Assembly (NCBI RefSeq): GCF_902713615.1
Contig: NC_052146.1
Coordinates: forward strand, 310,016,335 to 310,080,334
Direction: 5' to 3'
Length of the DNA: 64,000 nucleotides
Source of the DNA: Scyliorhinus canicula
Lineage: Eukaryota
The position numbers were made by a program, and so were the translations under genes. How positions within the stretch are numbered: the first letter of the stretch is position 1; every line of letters starts with the position of its first letter. Under the pieces are notes generated by a model. It was not told the origin of the DNA. It ran no database searches and saw only the letters and a list, made by a program, of their open reading frames with translations. Shown one piece after another: positions 1-11,952 of this stretch.

Positions 1-430
1 TATCACCAGTCTATTGGGAGAGGGAACTGCAGGAAGCTAATCCGAAAGGAAGAGTTTTGAGTTCAGACATTAAAAAAGGAATCTGGAACAGATCCTGTTC
101 AGTGAAGTTAAGAGTGAGGAGCCGAGGAAAGCTCCAGGTTTAAAGTGAGAAGCAGACTTAAAGTAAATGAGTCTGTGAGAAGCCCCGGGGTCCAAGGAGA
201 CAACTGAAGGGCTGTAACTCCTGACTATCGCAAACAAGTACTTAGTTTCTGAGATTGGAAACAATCATGTGAAAGACAGTGACACCAAATGGCTCATAAT
301 GTGAGAAACATCTGGTAAAAATTCATGAGAGATCCATGACATCTGTCACTTGGTTTCAGAGTGTGGTGTGTCTGACCACAGGTCACCTGTTAGATCAATG
401 GACTATGTGCTTCCTGTGAACATTAGAGTA

Positions 431-850
431 TGATGTGGAGATGCTGGCATTGGACTGGGTGAGCACAGTAAGAAGTCTGACAACACCAGGTTAAAGTCCG
501 ACAGGTTTGTTTCAAATCACGAGCTTCCGGAGCACTGCTCCTTCCTCAGGTGAATGAAGAAGTATGTTCCAGAAACATATATATAGACAAAGTAAAAGAT
601 GCAAGACAATTCTTTGAATGCAAGCAGATCCAGAGATAGGGGTAACCCCAGGTTAAAGAGATGTGAATTGTCTCAAACCAGGACAGTTGGTAGGATTTGG
701 TAGGAAATCTCTGGATCTGTAAAGGCTTAATTACCTGCTAATGCTCGCATTCAAAGCATTGTCTGGCATCTTTGCCTTTGTCCATATCTATGTTTCTGGA
801 ACATACCTCTTCATTCGCCTGAGGAAGAAGCAGTGCTCCGAACATTCGAG
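431..850. mobile_element. Penelope-like element terminal-repeat remnant (short inverted pair)
   Basis: Same sequence as the 9283-10975 element (tgatgtggagatg...aacaccaggttaaagtcc...ggagcactgctccttcctcaggtgaatg). About 780-845 is an inverted copy of about 530-590. Confidence 0.7.
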
Positions 851-980
851 TATGAGGTAGATTGTGTAAATTGTGTTATCCATATAAATCTGTAAAGGTA
901 TAGTTATGGGTGAAGGACAAGTGCATTATTTCATGTTTTCTTGTTCAATACAGCAGAGGGCAGTAGAGCGGAGCTGCTGA

Positions 981-1867
981 TTGGCTGTTGCTGGGAAAAT
1001 TTGCATCAGTGCATTGTGGTCACTGCATCCAGAATGTGTACCTGAGCAAGACACCCTCCGTGTTCAAGTGAAGGCAAGCATCCAGCAGAGGGCAGAGGTG
1101 GTCATAGATAATAGCTTCAGGGATGTAGTTACTCTGAAGTATGTGGATAGATGGGTGACGGTGAGAGGGGCTGGGAGGAAGCAGTCAGTACAGGGATCCC
1201 CCGTGGTTGTTCCTCTCAGTAACAAGTATACCATTTTGGATACTGTTGAGGGGGATGACCTACCTCATCCTACCTTGTACCCTACCTTGGTAGGCCAAGG
1301 TGAACGGATCTCCAGCACTGAATCTGTCCCTGTGGCTCAGAAGGGAAGTAGGGAGAGGAGAGCAATAGTTATTGCTGACTCGATTGTTAGAGGGACAGAT
1401 AGGCAGTTCTGTGGCAATGAAAGAGATTCACGGATGGTATGTTGCCTCCCGGGTGCCAGGGTACGTGACGTCTCGGACTGTGTTTTCAGAATCCTTAAGG
1501 GGGAGGGGGAACAGTCACAAGTCCTAGTACACATAGGTACCAATGACATCGGTAAGAGAAGGGACGGAGATTTAAAACAGGAATTTAGGGAGCTAGGGTG
1601 GAAGCTGAGAGCCAGGACAAACCATGTTGTCATCTCTGGTTGCTGCTGGTGCCACGTGCTAGCGAGTTGAGGATCAGGGAGAGAGTGCAGATAAACACAT
1701 GGCTGCAGGGATGGTGTAGGAGGGAGGGTTTCAGGCACGTGGATAATTGGAGCACATTCTGGGGAAGGTGGGACCTGTACAGACAGGATGGTTTGCACCT
1801 GAACCAGAGGGGCACCAATATCCTGGGAGGGAAATTTGCTGCGGCTCTTCGGGGGGGTTTAAACTAA
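981..1867 (+). pseudogene. CR1 ORF1 (esterase domain), frameshifted
   Basis: ORFs 981-1670 and 1598-1867 join into a GDSL-like esterase ending DGLHLNQRG, typical of CR1 ORF1. Confidence 0.85.
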
Positions 1868-1987
1868 TTTGTCAGGGGGATGGAAAAATGAGCTGTAGTC
1901 CAGAAGCCAGTGTTGAGAGTAGTGAGGTACTGAGGAGGGTATCAAGGTCGCAGGCAGGCAAGGTGTACCGGCAGACAGAAAGGTGGG

Positions 1988-4770
1988 TTGAAGTGTGTCT
2001 ACTTCAATGCAAGGAGCATCCGGACTAAGGTAGGTGAATTTGGAGTGTGGATTGGTACTTGGGACTACGATGTTGTGGCCATTACGGGGACATGGTTAGA
2101 ACAGGGACAGGAATGGATGTTAGAAGTTCCGGGGTATAGATGTTTCAGGAAGAGTAGGGAAGGTGGTAAAAGAGGTGGAGGAGTAGCATTGTTAATCAAG
2201 GATAGCTTATCGGCTGCAGAAAGGCAGTTCGAAGGGGATCTGCCTATTGAGGTAATATGGGCCGAAGTTAGAAACAGGAAAGGAGCGGTCACATTGTTAG
2301 GAGTTTTCTATCGGCCTCCAAATAGTAATAGAGATGTGGAGGAAGAAATTGCAAAGCAGATTAAGGATAGTTGTGGAGGTCTCAGGGTAGTTGTCATGGG
2401 TGACTTTAACTTTCCAAATATTGATTGGAACCTCTATCGGTCGAACAGTTTGGATGGGGCAGTTTTTGTACAGTGTGTGCAGGAGGGTTTCCTGACACAA
2501 TATGTGGATAGGCCGACAAGAGGGGGGGCCACATTGGCTTTGGTACTGGGTAATGAACCGGGCCAAGTGTTAGATTTGTTTGTGGGAGAGCACTTTGGAG
2601 ATAGTGACCACAATTCGGTGTCTTTCACGATTGCAATGGAGAGGGATAGGGCCATACGGCAGGGCAAGGTTTATAATTGGGGGATGGGTAATTATGATGC
2701 GATTAGGCAAGAATTATGGAGCATAAGATGGGAACAGAAACTGTCGGGGAAAGGCACAAATGAAAAGTGGAGCTTGTTCAAGGAACAAATACTGCGTGTC
2801 CTTGATAGGTTTGTCCCTGTCAGGCAGGGAGGAAATGGCCGTGTGAGGGAACCATGGTTCACAAAAGAGGTTGAATGTCTTGTAAAGAGGAAAAAGGAAG
2901 CCTATGTAAGGATGAGAAAACAAGGTTCAGTTGGGTCGCTTGAGGATTACAAGGTAGCAAAGAATGAGCTAAACAAAGGGCTTAGGAGAACTAGGAGGGA
3001 GTATGAGAAGTCCTTGGTGAGTCGGATCAAGGAAAACCCCAAGGCTTTTTACTCTTATGTGAGAAATAAAAGAATGACCAGGGTGAGGTTAGGGCCAGTC
3101 AAGGAAAGTAGTGGGAACTTCGCATGGAGTCAGAAGAAATAGGAGAGGCATTGAATGAATACTTTTCTTCAGTGTTCACCAAGGAGAGGGACCAGACTTT
3201 TGTGGATGAGAGTGTGATACAGGCGGGTAGGCTGGAGGAGGTAGATGTTCTGAGGGAGGATGTATTAGCAATTTTGAAAAACCTTAGGGTCGACAAGTCC
3301 CCTGGGTCGGATGGGATATATCCTAGGATTCTTTGTGAGGCAAGGGATGAGATTGCAGAGCCTTTGGCTTTGATCTTTGGGTCCTCACTGTCCACAGGGA
3401 TAGTGACAGAGGACTGGAGAGTGGCGAATGTTGTTCCTCTGTTCAAGAAAGGGAATAGGAATGACCCTGGTAATTATAGGCTGGTTAATCTTAATTCGGT
3501 GGTCGGTAAGTTAATGGAAAAGGTCCTGAAGGAGAGGATTTATGACCATTTGGAAAGATGCAGCTTAATCCGGGATATTCAACACAGATTTGTGAAGGGT
3601 AAGTCTTGCCTCACAAATTTGATTGAATTCTTTGAGCAGGTAAATAAGTGAGTACATGAAGGTAGAGCAGTTGATGTCGTATACATGGATTTTATTAAGG
3701 CGTTCGATAAGGATCCCCATGGTCGGCTCATGAAGAAAGTAAGGAGCTGTGGGATAGAGGGAAATTTGGCCAATTGGATAAGTAACTGGCTATCACATAG
3801 AAGACAGAGGGTGGTGGTGGATGGAAAATGTTCAGACTGGAGACCAATTACCAGCGATGTACCACAGGGATCATTGCTGGCTCCTCTGCTATTTGTGATT
3901 TTTATCAATGACTTGGAGGAGGGAGCTGAAGGGTGGGTCAGTAAATTTGCTGATGACACCAAGGTCAGTGGAGTAGTGGATGAGGTGGAGGGCTGTTTTA
4001 GGCTGCAAAGAGACATTGACAGGATGCAGGGCTGGGCCGAATAATGCCAGATGGAGTTTATCCCTGATAAGTGCAAGGTAATTCATTTTGGTCGGAAACA
4101 TTTGAATGTGGATTACAGGGTCAACGGCAGGGTTCTGAGGAATGTGGAGGAACAGAGACATCTTGGGGTTCATGTCCACAGATCTTTGAAGGTTGTCACT
4201 CAAGTGGATAGAGCCATGAAGAAGGCCTACAGAGTGTTAGCGTTTATTAACAGGGGGCTCGAGTTTAAGAGCCGTGGGGTTATGCTGCAACTATACATGA
4301 CCCTGGTGAGACCACACTTGGAATATTGTGTGCAGCTCTGGTCACCTCACTATGGGAAGGATGTGGAAGCATTGGAATGGGTGCAAAGGAGATTTACCAG
4401 GATGCTGCCTGATTTGGAAGGTAGGTCTTATGAGGAAAGATTGAGGGAGCTAGGGCTTTTCTCTCTGGAGCAGAGGAGGATTGGAGGTTACTTAATGGTG
4501 GTTTATAAGATGATGAGGGGGATAAATAGAGTGGGCGTTCAGAGACTATTTCCTCGGGTGGTTGTAACTGTTTCAAGGGGGCATAACTATAAGATTCAGG
4601 GTGGGAGATATAGGAGGGATATCCGAGGTAGGTTCTTTACTCAGAGAGTGCTTATGGTGTGGAATAGACTGTGTGCTGTGATAGTGGAGGTGGACACTTT
4701 AGAAACCTTCAAGCCGTTATTGGATAGGCACATGGAGCACACCACGATGACAGGGAGTGGGATAGCTTGA
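1988..4770 (+). pseudogene. CR1 ORF2 (APE endonuclease + reverse transcriptase), disrupted by frameshifts and stops
   Basis: YFNARSIRTK, GVFYRPP, MGDFNFPNIDW, SDHNSV (EN); [18 protein letters not shown] (RT); [13 protein letters not shown] (C-terminal region). Split over ORFs 1988-3142, 3124-3651, 3685-4044 and 4051-4770. Confidence 0.95.
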
Positions 4771-5316
4771 TCTTGGTTTCGGAAAAAGCTCGGCACAACA
4801 TTGAGGGCCGAAGGGCCTGTTCTGTGCTGTACTGTTCTATGTTCTAAGCTGAGGTGTTTACAAGCTTTGGTCCAACACTATTTGGATGACAGTGTACCTT
4901 TCTGATCACCATTTTATAAATCAGATATAGAGGCTTTGAAGAAGGTGCAAAGAGGATTTACAAGGATCACACTGGGATTGGAAACTATTCCAATTGGGAA
5001 AAGATAATTAGGCTGGGGCACTTTCTCTTCAAAAGTGAAGACAAATGAGTGATCGAATCAACATCTTTAAAATGATGGCAGGTGTTGATAGAGTAAACAG
5101 AGAGTGTCTCCATTTGTGGAGAAGAGTGAAAATAGAGGCCATCAATATCAGACGGTCACTAATAAATCCAATGGGTAATTCAGAGGGCAGCATTTACCCA
5201 GAGAGCAATGGGAATGTGGAACTCACTCCCACATGGAGTGGTTCAAATGTTACGATCCCAGCTGATGTTAGTGCATCGAGTCAGATCCCAGAGTGGAACC
5301 CAGCTTGAGAGATATT

Positions 5317-6210
5317 GGGCGGGATTCTCCGTTTCAGAGACTAAGTGCTGAGGCCGGGACAGAATCGAGGGAATTCTACGGCAGCAAAACTGCCGCCGCT
5401 CACGGAGAAATTCATTAACCGGAAATGGGCTAGCACCGGCACCATGTGGAACACGGGCGATTCCAATGGGAAACGGTGTCGGATATACCGGAGTCGGGAT
5501 TGACACTCGAGTGGCTGACAAGCTGCAGCTGTATATTCGCACCCCACTCCGCACACACACTCATCCCAGCCAGTAAGAGGGCACCGGTTGTGCTGGAGCG
5601 TGTCCAACCCGCTGATGGGTCAGCTGAAGCCAGAGGATACCTGGGGGAGGGGGTGGGCTGGGGGTCACCCATACGACCTGTGGCACTAAGTTCACAGTGA
5701 GCAGTCGGCAGTGTGTGCAGCCGCATGGCTGCCTTGCTGCCTGCGGCAATGGTGTTCCGTGCCCGTCCAGCCCGACCCCACAGCCCACCTCTTGGCTGCC
5801 ACCTCCCACTACTCCCCCCGAGATCCTGGCAGAAGCCCCCCGGCCAGCGGCACAGCTGTCAGCACACTATAGCGATGTTGGACACTTTCCGTACCCCCTC
5901 TCTCTCCCTCAGCAGCCACGGAGCCTGTTTCCCGATTGTTGAAACCACAAGTGAAACACGGCGTCGGTAATTCCTGCCGATGGAGGCGGAGCATCGCGGA
6001 AGCCCCGGAGAATACCGGCTCAGGCCCGCTAATGATATGTGAACGGTGTTTACTGTACGTGCAGAGTAGAATGCATTGACACCGCCGTTGAGGCACCGGA
6101 GTGTGGCATTCTGTCGGGCAGCCAGCTCCGGCCTCCATTTTGGCCTCACGACCGTTTCTCCGCCCAATCACCTTTCCTGATTGCAGCGTCGGCCGACGGA
6201 GAATCCCACC
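5317..6210. mobile_element. Non-autonomous PIF/Harbinger-type MITE
   Basis: Terminal inverted repeats GGGCGGGATTCTCCGT / ACGGAGAATCCCACC, flanked by ATT on both sides (3-bp TSD). Internal part is related to about 63240-63570. Confidence 0.75.
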
Positions 6211-7214
6211 ATTTCTGTTTCGACGCCTAAATGGCAGCTACTGAACAGAGTCGCAGGACTGCCGATGAACTTTTAACAAGGGAATAAATCATTGATAAAT
6301 TTCTGCCAACTCCACCAACCCACCGATATCATTTTGGAGCTGACAGCTATCCTCTACACCATCCACTGCACGGATCTGTGTTCTCACCAAGGAACTACCT
6401 CCAGGGTTCCAAACTCTCCTCCAGATATTCCCCTGCCCTGGATTGTCACATGCCTTCAGGCTTTCACACACTTTCCCAGGTTCCCAGCTGTGCCAACAGA
6501 ACACCACTGTTTCACAGGCTGTATAGGTTGTTACCAACCATCTTGCAAGCCGCAATGCCCCAGGTCTACACCTTAACTGGGAGCCTTTCTCTCTGCTCCT
6601 GAATTCACTGAACAGAACCTTTTTTCCAGATTCCTCTTCATCTTTCCTTTGCCTTCACAGTTTCCCTGGAATTCTGTTCTTTCCCAATCCTGGGTTTCTC
6701 GAACTTGCTGTTCTTTATCTTGGGAGGGTCTTTCTGTCCCTGTGTATGGTGCTGTCTGTTCCAGCAGTTTCTCTGAAATCTGCTTACTCCCCATTTACCT
6801 TCTTTCTCCTGAACTAACTGTTCTTACTGTTTATGTCTGGGCCCCTGGTTACTAAGCAACAGCCTAGTTTTTGTTAACTGTTTTGTAAAACCATCATTAC
6901 AATGCAGGCATCTAAACCAACCAACAGATTTTCAGGCAACTTTTAAGGAATGAGATTAAAATTGAAGTTTTATTTCATTTTTAGCACACACATACAGAAA
7001 CACAAAATTCAGTTTATTTGAAACTATAACTTTGTATACCCACAAATACAAATAACTTCGAACCTTCTCTATTTCCTAATTGAAGCAAGTGGCACAGAAA
7101 CAGTTTTGGGGAAGTGAAGTAAACAAATAAGGATGAGGCAGGGTATGTTGATGGATTGATGGGAAAGGATTGTAGGAGGTTCAAATCGAGCATAAATCCC
7201 AGCATGGACTGTTA

Positions 7215-8060
7215 TTGAAATACTTTCACATCATGTGGGGTGTTGCTGACTGGACCAGCATTTTTTGCCCATCCCTAACTGCCCCTTGTGAAGGTGGGGG
7301 TGAGCTGCCTTCTTGAACCGCTGCAGTCCATGTGGAGTAGGTACACCCACAGTGCTGTTCGGGAGAGAGTTCCAGGATTTTGCCCCAGCAACAGTGAAGG
7401 ACCAGCGATATATTTCCAAGTCAGGATGGTGAGTGAGTGGAGGGGAATTTGCAGATGGTGGTGATCCCAGGTATCTGCTGCTCCTGTCCTTCTAGATTGT
7501 AGAAGTCAAAGATTTGGAAAGAGCTGCCAAAGGAGCCTTGGTGAGTTGCTGCCGTGCATCTTGTGGATGGTACAGACGGCTGGGACTGTGCGTCCGTGCT
7601 GGGGAAAGTATATGTTGAGGCTGGTGGATGGGGTGTAAATCAAGCGGGCTGCTTTGTCTTGGAAGGTCTTCAGTTTGCTCAGTGTTGTTGGAGCTGCACT
7701 CACCCGGGAAAGTGGAAAGTATTCCATCACACTCCTGACTTGTACCTTGTGGATGAAAGACAAGGTTTGGGGAGCCAGGAGGTGGGTTTCTCGCTGCTGA
7801 ATTCACAGTATCTGATCTGCTCCGGTAGCCACAGTATTTATATCCCTGATTCAGTTCAGTTTCTGGTCAATGGGAACCCCCAGGATGTTGATAGTGGGGG
7901 ATTCAGCAATGATAATGCCATTGACTGTAACGGGGTGATGGTTAGATTCTCTCTTGTTGGAGATGGTCATTGACCGGCACTTGTGTGGTATAAATGTAAC
8001 TTGCCACTTGTCAGTCCAAGCCTGGATATTGTCCAGGTCTTGCTGCATTTGGCCATGGAC
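7215..8060 (-). mobile_element. 3' fragment of a CR1/L2-group LINE
   Basis: Minus-strand RT C-terminal remnants (QQDLDNIQAWTDKWQVTF, VRSVMEYFPLS, KSWNSLPNSTVG). Confidence 0.75.
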
Positions 8061-8630
8061 TGCATGGGCTCATTGTGCTGAATGATCTGTTTCTGGGCCT
8101 TATATTCAACACAACATTCTGAAATCAGACGTACACTGCACACTTGGATCTTCAAATCAAAGTCTAATAGAAAACAACTGAAACATCTAAACTAAACCAG
8201 AAAACTATGGACTGAGAATGAGGAGGCCTAAACACTGAACTTTACTGTAATAAACACCATCTCGAATTTCTTAAATTTCCCCACAAACCTCCTCTATCCT
8301 ATTGACCATCTGACCACACGTCTGGTGTCAGTAATCCCACACCCTCCCGTTCTCATGTCCGATCTCTTCCCACTCAATGAATCATTTGGATGCAGTCATG
8401 CCAGGTCACTCAGTTACTCTCAGCCTCAACTGGCAGTGCTCAAGGAGTCAAAATTAGGAGCAAGAAAGGATGGCCTGGCAGATTATTTTTGAGCTAAACC
8501 AGAATAGAATGTGGAATGAAGTGTAGAGAGTGTGGGGGACAGGCACCAGCTGGGGGTTAATGTGCAGAAATCATTGAAAGTGGCAGGACAGGTGGAGAGA
8601 GCAGTTACTGAAGCCCAGGAGAAACCTTTT

Positions 8631-9140
8631 CACACAGCGAGTGGTTAGGATCCGGAATGTTCTGTCTGAGAGTGTGGTGGAGGCAGATTCACACAGCTAG
8701 CGGTTAGGATCCGGAATGTTCTGTCTGAGAATGTGGTGGAGGCAGATTCACACAGCGAGTGGTTAGGATCCGGAATGTTCTATCTGAGAGTGTGGTGGAG
8801 ACAGATTTACACAGCGAGTGGTTAGGATCCGGAATGTTCTGTCTGAGAGTGTGGTGGAGACAGATTCACACAGCGAGTGATTAGGATCTGGAATGTACTA
8901 TCTGAGAATGTGGTGGAGACAGATTCACACAGCGAGTGGTTAGGATCCGGAATGTTCTGTCTGACAGTGTGTGGAGGCAGATTCACACAGCGAGTGATTA
9001 GGATCTGGAATGTTCTATCTGAGAGTGTGGTGGAGGCAGATTCACACAGTGAGTGGTTAGGATCCGGAATGTACTGTCTATGAGTGTGGTGGAGGCAGAT
9101 TCACACAGCGAGTGGTTAGGATCCGAAATGTTCTGTCTGA
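8631..9140 (+). repeat. 59-bp minisatellite (about 8.7 copies) derived from a CR1 ORF2 3' segment
   Basis: Unit CACACAGCGAGTGGTTAGGATCCGGAATGTTCTGTCTGAGAGTGTGGTGGAGGCAGATT. Translates as FTQRVIRIWNVLSESVVEADS, matching the end of CR1 ORF2. Confidence 0.9.
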
Positions 9141-9434
9141 TTTGAAAGGCCAGGTCTCAGAAATTCCAAAATATATTATGACGTCCACCTGACCTACAAC
9201 CTTTCTGTTGAATTTGGCAATGTTTAGCACAACAGCCTTCCCTTCAGGTGTGATTCATCAGTCTTCCTTGACACTTTAATCAATGATGTGGAGATGCCGG
9301 CGTTGGACTGGGGTGAGCACAGTAAGACGTACCTGGTGGGTGGTGTTACCATGTGTAATGGTGGTACCCATATCGATGATCTGGCATGTCTTGCAGAGAT
9401 TGCCCTGGCAGGGTTGTGTGGTGTTGTGGTCGCT

Positions 9435-9779
9435 GGGGCCTCACGGTAGCATGGTGGTTAGCATCAATGCTTCACAGCTCCAGGGTCCCAGGTTCGATTC
9501 CCGGCTGGGTCACTGTCTGTGTGGAGTCTGCACGTCCTCCCCGTGTGTGCGTGGGTTTCCTCCGGGTGCTCCGGTTTCCTCCCACAGTCCAAAGATGTGC
9601 GGGTTAGGTGGATTGGCCATGCTAAATTGCCCGTAGTGTAAGGTTAATGGGGGGATTGTTGGGTTACGGGTATACGGGTTACGTGGGTTTAAGTAGGGTG
9701 ATCATTGCTCGGCACAACATCGAGGGCCGAAGGGCCTGTTCTGTGCTGTACTGTTCTATGTTCTATGTTCTATGTTCTA
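9435..9779 (+). mobile_element. tRNA-derived SINE (HE1/V-SINE type), full length
   Basis: tRNA-like head (GGTTCGATTCCC B box), conserved core TGCACGTCCTCCCCGTGTGTGCGTGGGTTTCCTCCGGGTGCTCCGGTTTCCTCCCACAGTCCAAAG, CR1-like tail ending (GTTCTAT)n. Further copies, complete or partial, at about 16735, 18545, 20200, 22775, 26604, 28298-28925, 39240, 40803, 44548, 48350 and 55785. Confidence 0.9.
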
Positions 9780-9813
9780 ACACCAGGTTAAAGTCCAACA
9801 GGTTTGTTTCAAG

Positions 9814-9848
9814 CACGAGCTTTCGGAGCGCAGCTCCTTCCTCAGGTG
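9814..9848 (-). ncRNA. Minimal type I hammerhead ribozyme in Penelope repeat
   Basis: Reverse complement CAC-CTGAGGA-A-GGAGC-TGC-GCTCC-GAAA-GCTC-GTG. Confidence 0.75.
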
Positions 9849-10312
9849 AATGGCGAGGCATGTTCCAGACACATTTATATAGACAAAGTCAGAGATGCTG
9901 GACAATGCTTGGAATGCGAGCATTTGCAGGTAATCAAATCATTACAGATCCAGGGAGAGGGATAATCACAGGTTAAAGAGGTGTGAATTGTCTCAAGCCA
10001 GAACAGTTGGTAGGATTTTGCAAGTCCAGGCCAGATGGTGGGGGGTGGATGTAATGCGACATGAATCCAAGATCTCTGTTGAGGCCACACTCATGCGTGC
10101 GGAACTTAACTATAAGTTTTTGCTCGGCAATTCTGCGTTGTCGCGTGTCCTGAAGACCGCCTTGGAGAACGCTTACCTGGAGGTCCGTCAAACAATCACG
10201 CAACCTCAAACAAACCATTGTTTGCAGCAAATGACCCAGCCTTCAGAACAGCGACCACAACACCACACAACCCTGCCAGGGCAATCTCTGCAAGACATGC
10301 CAGATCATCGAT

Positions 10313-10765
10313 ATGGGTACCACCATTACACATGGTAACACCACCCACCAGGTACGCAGCACATATTCGTGCGACTCGACCAATGTAGTCTACCTCATAC
10401 GCTGCAGGAAAGGATGTCCCAAAGCGTGGTACATTGGCGAGACCATGCAGACACTGCGGCAACGAATGAACGGGCATTGTGCGACAGTCACCCGGCAGGA
10501 ATGTTCCCTTCCAGTCGGGGAAAACTTCAGCAGTCAAGGGCATTCAGCCTCTGATCTCCGGGTAAGCGTTCTCCAAGGCGGTCTTCAGGACACGCGACAA
10601 CGCAGAATTGCCGAGCAAAAACGTATAGCTAAGTTCCGCACGCATGAGTGCGGCCTCAACCAGGATCTTGGATTCATGTCGCATTACATCCACCCCCCAC
10701 CATCTGGCCTGGACTTGCAAAATCCCACCAACTGTTCGGGCTTGAGACAATTTACACCTCTTTAA
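10313..10765 (+). CDS. GIY-YIG endonuclease domain of Penelope-like element (5'-truncated)
   Basis: VYLIRC..CPKAWYIGETMQTLRQRMNGH motif; no RT domain present. Confidence 0.8.
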   Translation: MGTTITHGNTTHQVRSTYSCDSTNVVYLIRCRKGCPKAWYIGETMQTLRQRMNGHCATVTRQECSLPVGENFSSQGHSASDLRVSVLQGGLQDTRQRRIAEQKRIAKFRTHECGLNQDLGFMSHYIHPPPSGLDLQNPTNCSGLRQFTPL

Positions 10766-10889
10766 CCTGTGATTATCCCTCTCCCTGGATCTGCAATGAT
10801 TTGATTACCTGCAAATGCTCGCATTCCAAGCATTGTCCAGCATCTCTGACTTTGTCTGCATAAATGTTTCTGGAACATACCTCTCCATT

Positions 10890-10924
10890 CACCTGAGGAA
10901 GGAGCTGTGCTCCGAAAGCTCGTG
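10890..10924 (+). ncRNA. Minimal type I hammerhead ribozyme in Penelope repeat
   Basis: CAC-CTGAGGA-A-GGAGC-TGT-GCTCC-GAAA-GCTC-GTG: core CUGAnGA and GAAA, stem II GGAGC/GCTCC, palindromic AGCU stem III, CUC cleavage triplet, stem I CAC/GTG. Confidence 0.75.
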
Positions 10925-11710
10925 TTTGAATCAAACCTGTTGGACTTTAACCTGGTGTTGTAAGACTTCTCACTTTAATCAATACAAGCTTTATTCCAAG
11001 AACTTAGTTAACGTATATATATATAAACACACAGGAAGAGTTTTTGTCAATTACAAACATAAAGACACTACACAGCTACAGTAATCTATGTATAACACTG
11101 AATGAATTCTCCCTTAACTGTTCCAATTCAAAAACAAAATCGAATGAACCAAAAACCATTTTCAAGAGTACTCAGTACTCTCACTTGAATAAGGCTGGCT
11201 TTTCCTGAGATTCTGACCCCTTCTCACCTGTAGTTTTAAACTCCTTCTGGAAAGCTGGCTATATCTTTTAAATTACCAAAGGGATGGGAACAAAGGGAGA
11301 TATATTGGGGAGAATCTGACAGTTCAGCCTGGGGAAATGGAAAAAGATGGTGGGTAGAATTGGGGATGCGGGAAGAATGTGAGTATAAGGAGTTTATCTA
11401 TGAAATAAGGACACTGTTTTGATCAGGTTCCTAATCGTCCTTATGCTCCTGGCCTCGGAATGGTGTCATATCGAAGGATATTTTCTGAAGTTCAGGACCC
11501 AGGAGCTTGTCGATTGCCTGTTCAAACAAAATTAAAAATAGATTAGTTTCCAAAACTAAAGCTGCAGCCAACGTGAGAATAAAGGATAATTTCAGCTCCT
11601 CTGAGGAGTTTGGCCAGATTGTAACTCTGTTCCTAATGACGGGGAAACTCCCAGACTCCATCTCCAGCCTGCACAGAGTGAGCTGATCCCAGATGGAATG
11701 ACAGTCGGAG

Positions 11711-11721
11711 CTACAGTTGGT
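11711..11721 (-). CDS. Duplicate terminal coding exon of the ITAM receptor (phase 1, -D-Q-L-stop)
   Basis: Acceptor ...tttcatatccactcggtgttcag|AC CAA CTG TAG. Paralogue of 27562-27572; the preceding YSEI exon is missing in this copy. Confidence 0.5.
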
Positions 11722-11952
11722 CTGAACACCGAGTGGATATGAAAGGAAAATTGTTCAGTATTCCCACTCCATACACTGGGAATCATGGCTGGAAATGTGT
11801 GTGTACATGTTATTGAATATCTGTGTGTCAGTATATGTGAACGTGTACACGTGTCTGTGTGTCTATGTACATTTGGGAATGTGTGTCTGTCTGTAGATAT
11901 TTTGGTCTATCTTTGTACCTGTGAATATGTGTGTATCGATTGGTTATATATG

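Larger units (their letters stand above)
950..4846 (+). mobile_element. Near full-length CR1-clade LINE, inactivated
   Basis: ORF1 with an SGNH/GDSL-esterase-like region (IVIADSIVRG...LPGARV...VHIGTNDIG), then ORF2 endonuclease and RT in broken frames. 3' tail ends in (GTTCTAT)n-like repeats at about 4835-4846. Confidence 0.95.
9283..10975 (+). mobile_element. Penelope-like element with GIY-YIG endonuclease remnant and inverted pLTR arms, interrupted by a SINE
   Basis: ORF 10313-10765 NVVYLIRC...WYIGET...RQRMNGH (GIY-YIG). 9779-10177 is the reverse complement of about 10561-10972. Confidence 0.85.

Noticed and set aside
8631-9140. CRISPR-like array (also 12892-13330, 32900-33360, 63540-64000)
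   Set aside because: Head-to-tail repeats with no unique spacers, in eukaryotic DNA, with no cas genes.
9435-9520. tRNA genes
   Set aside because: The A/B-box heads continue into SINE core and LINE-derived tails and do not form complete cloverleaves.
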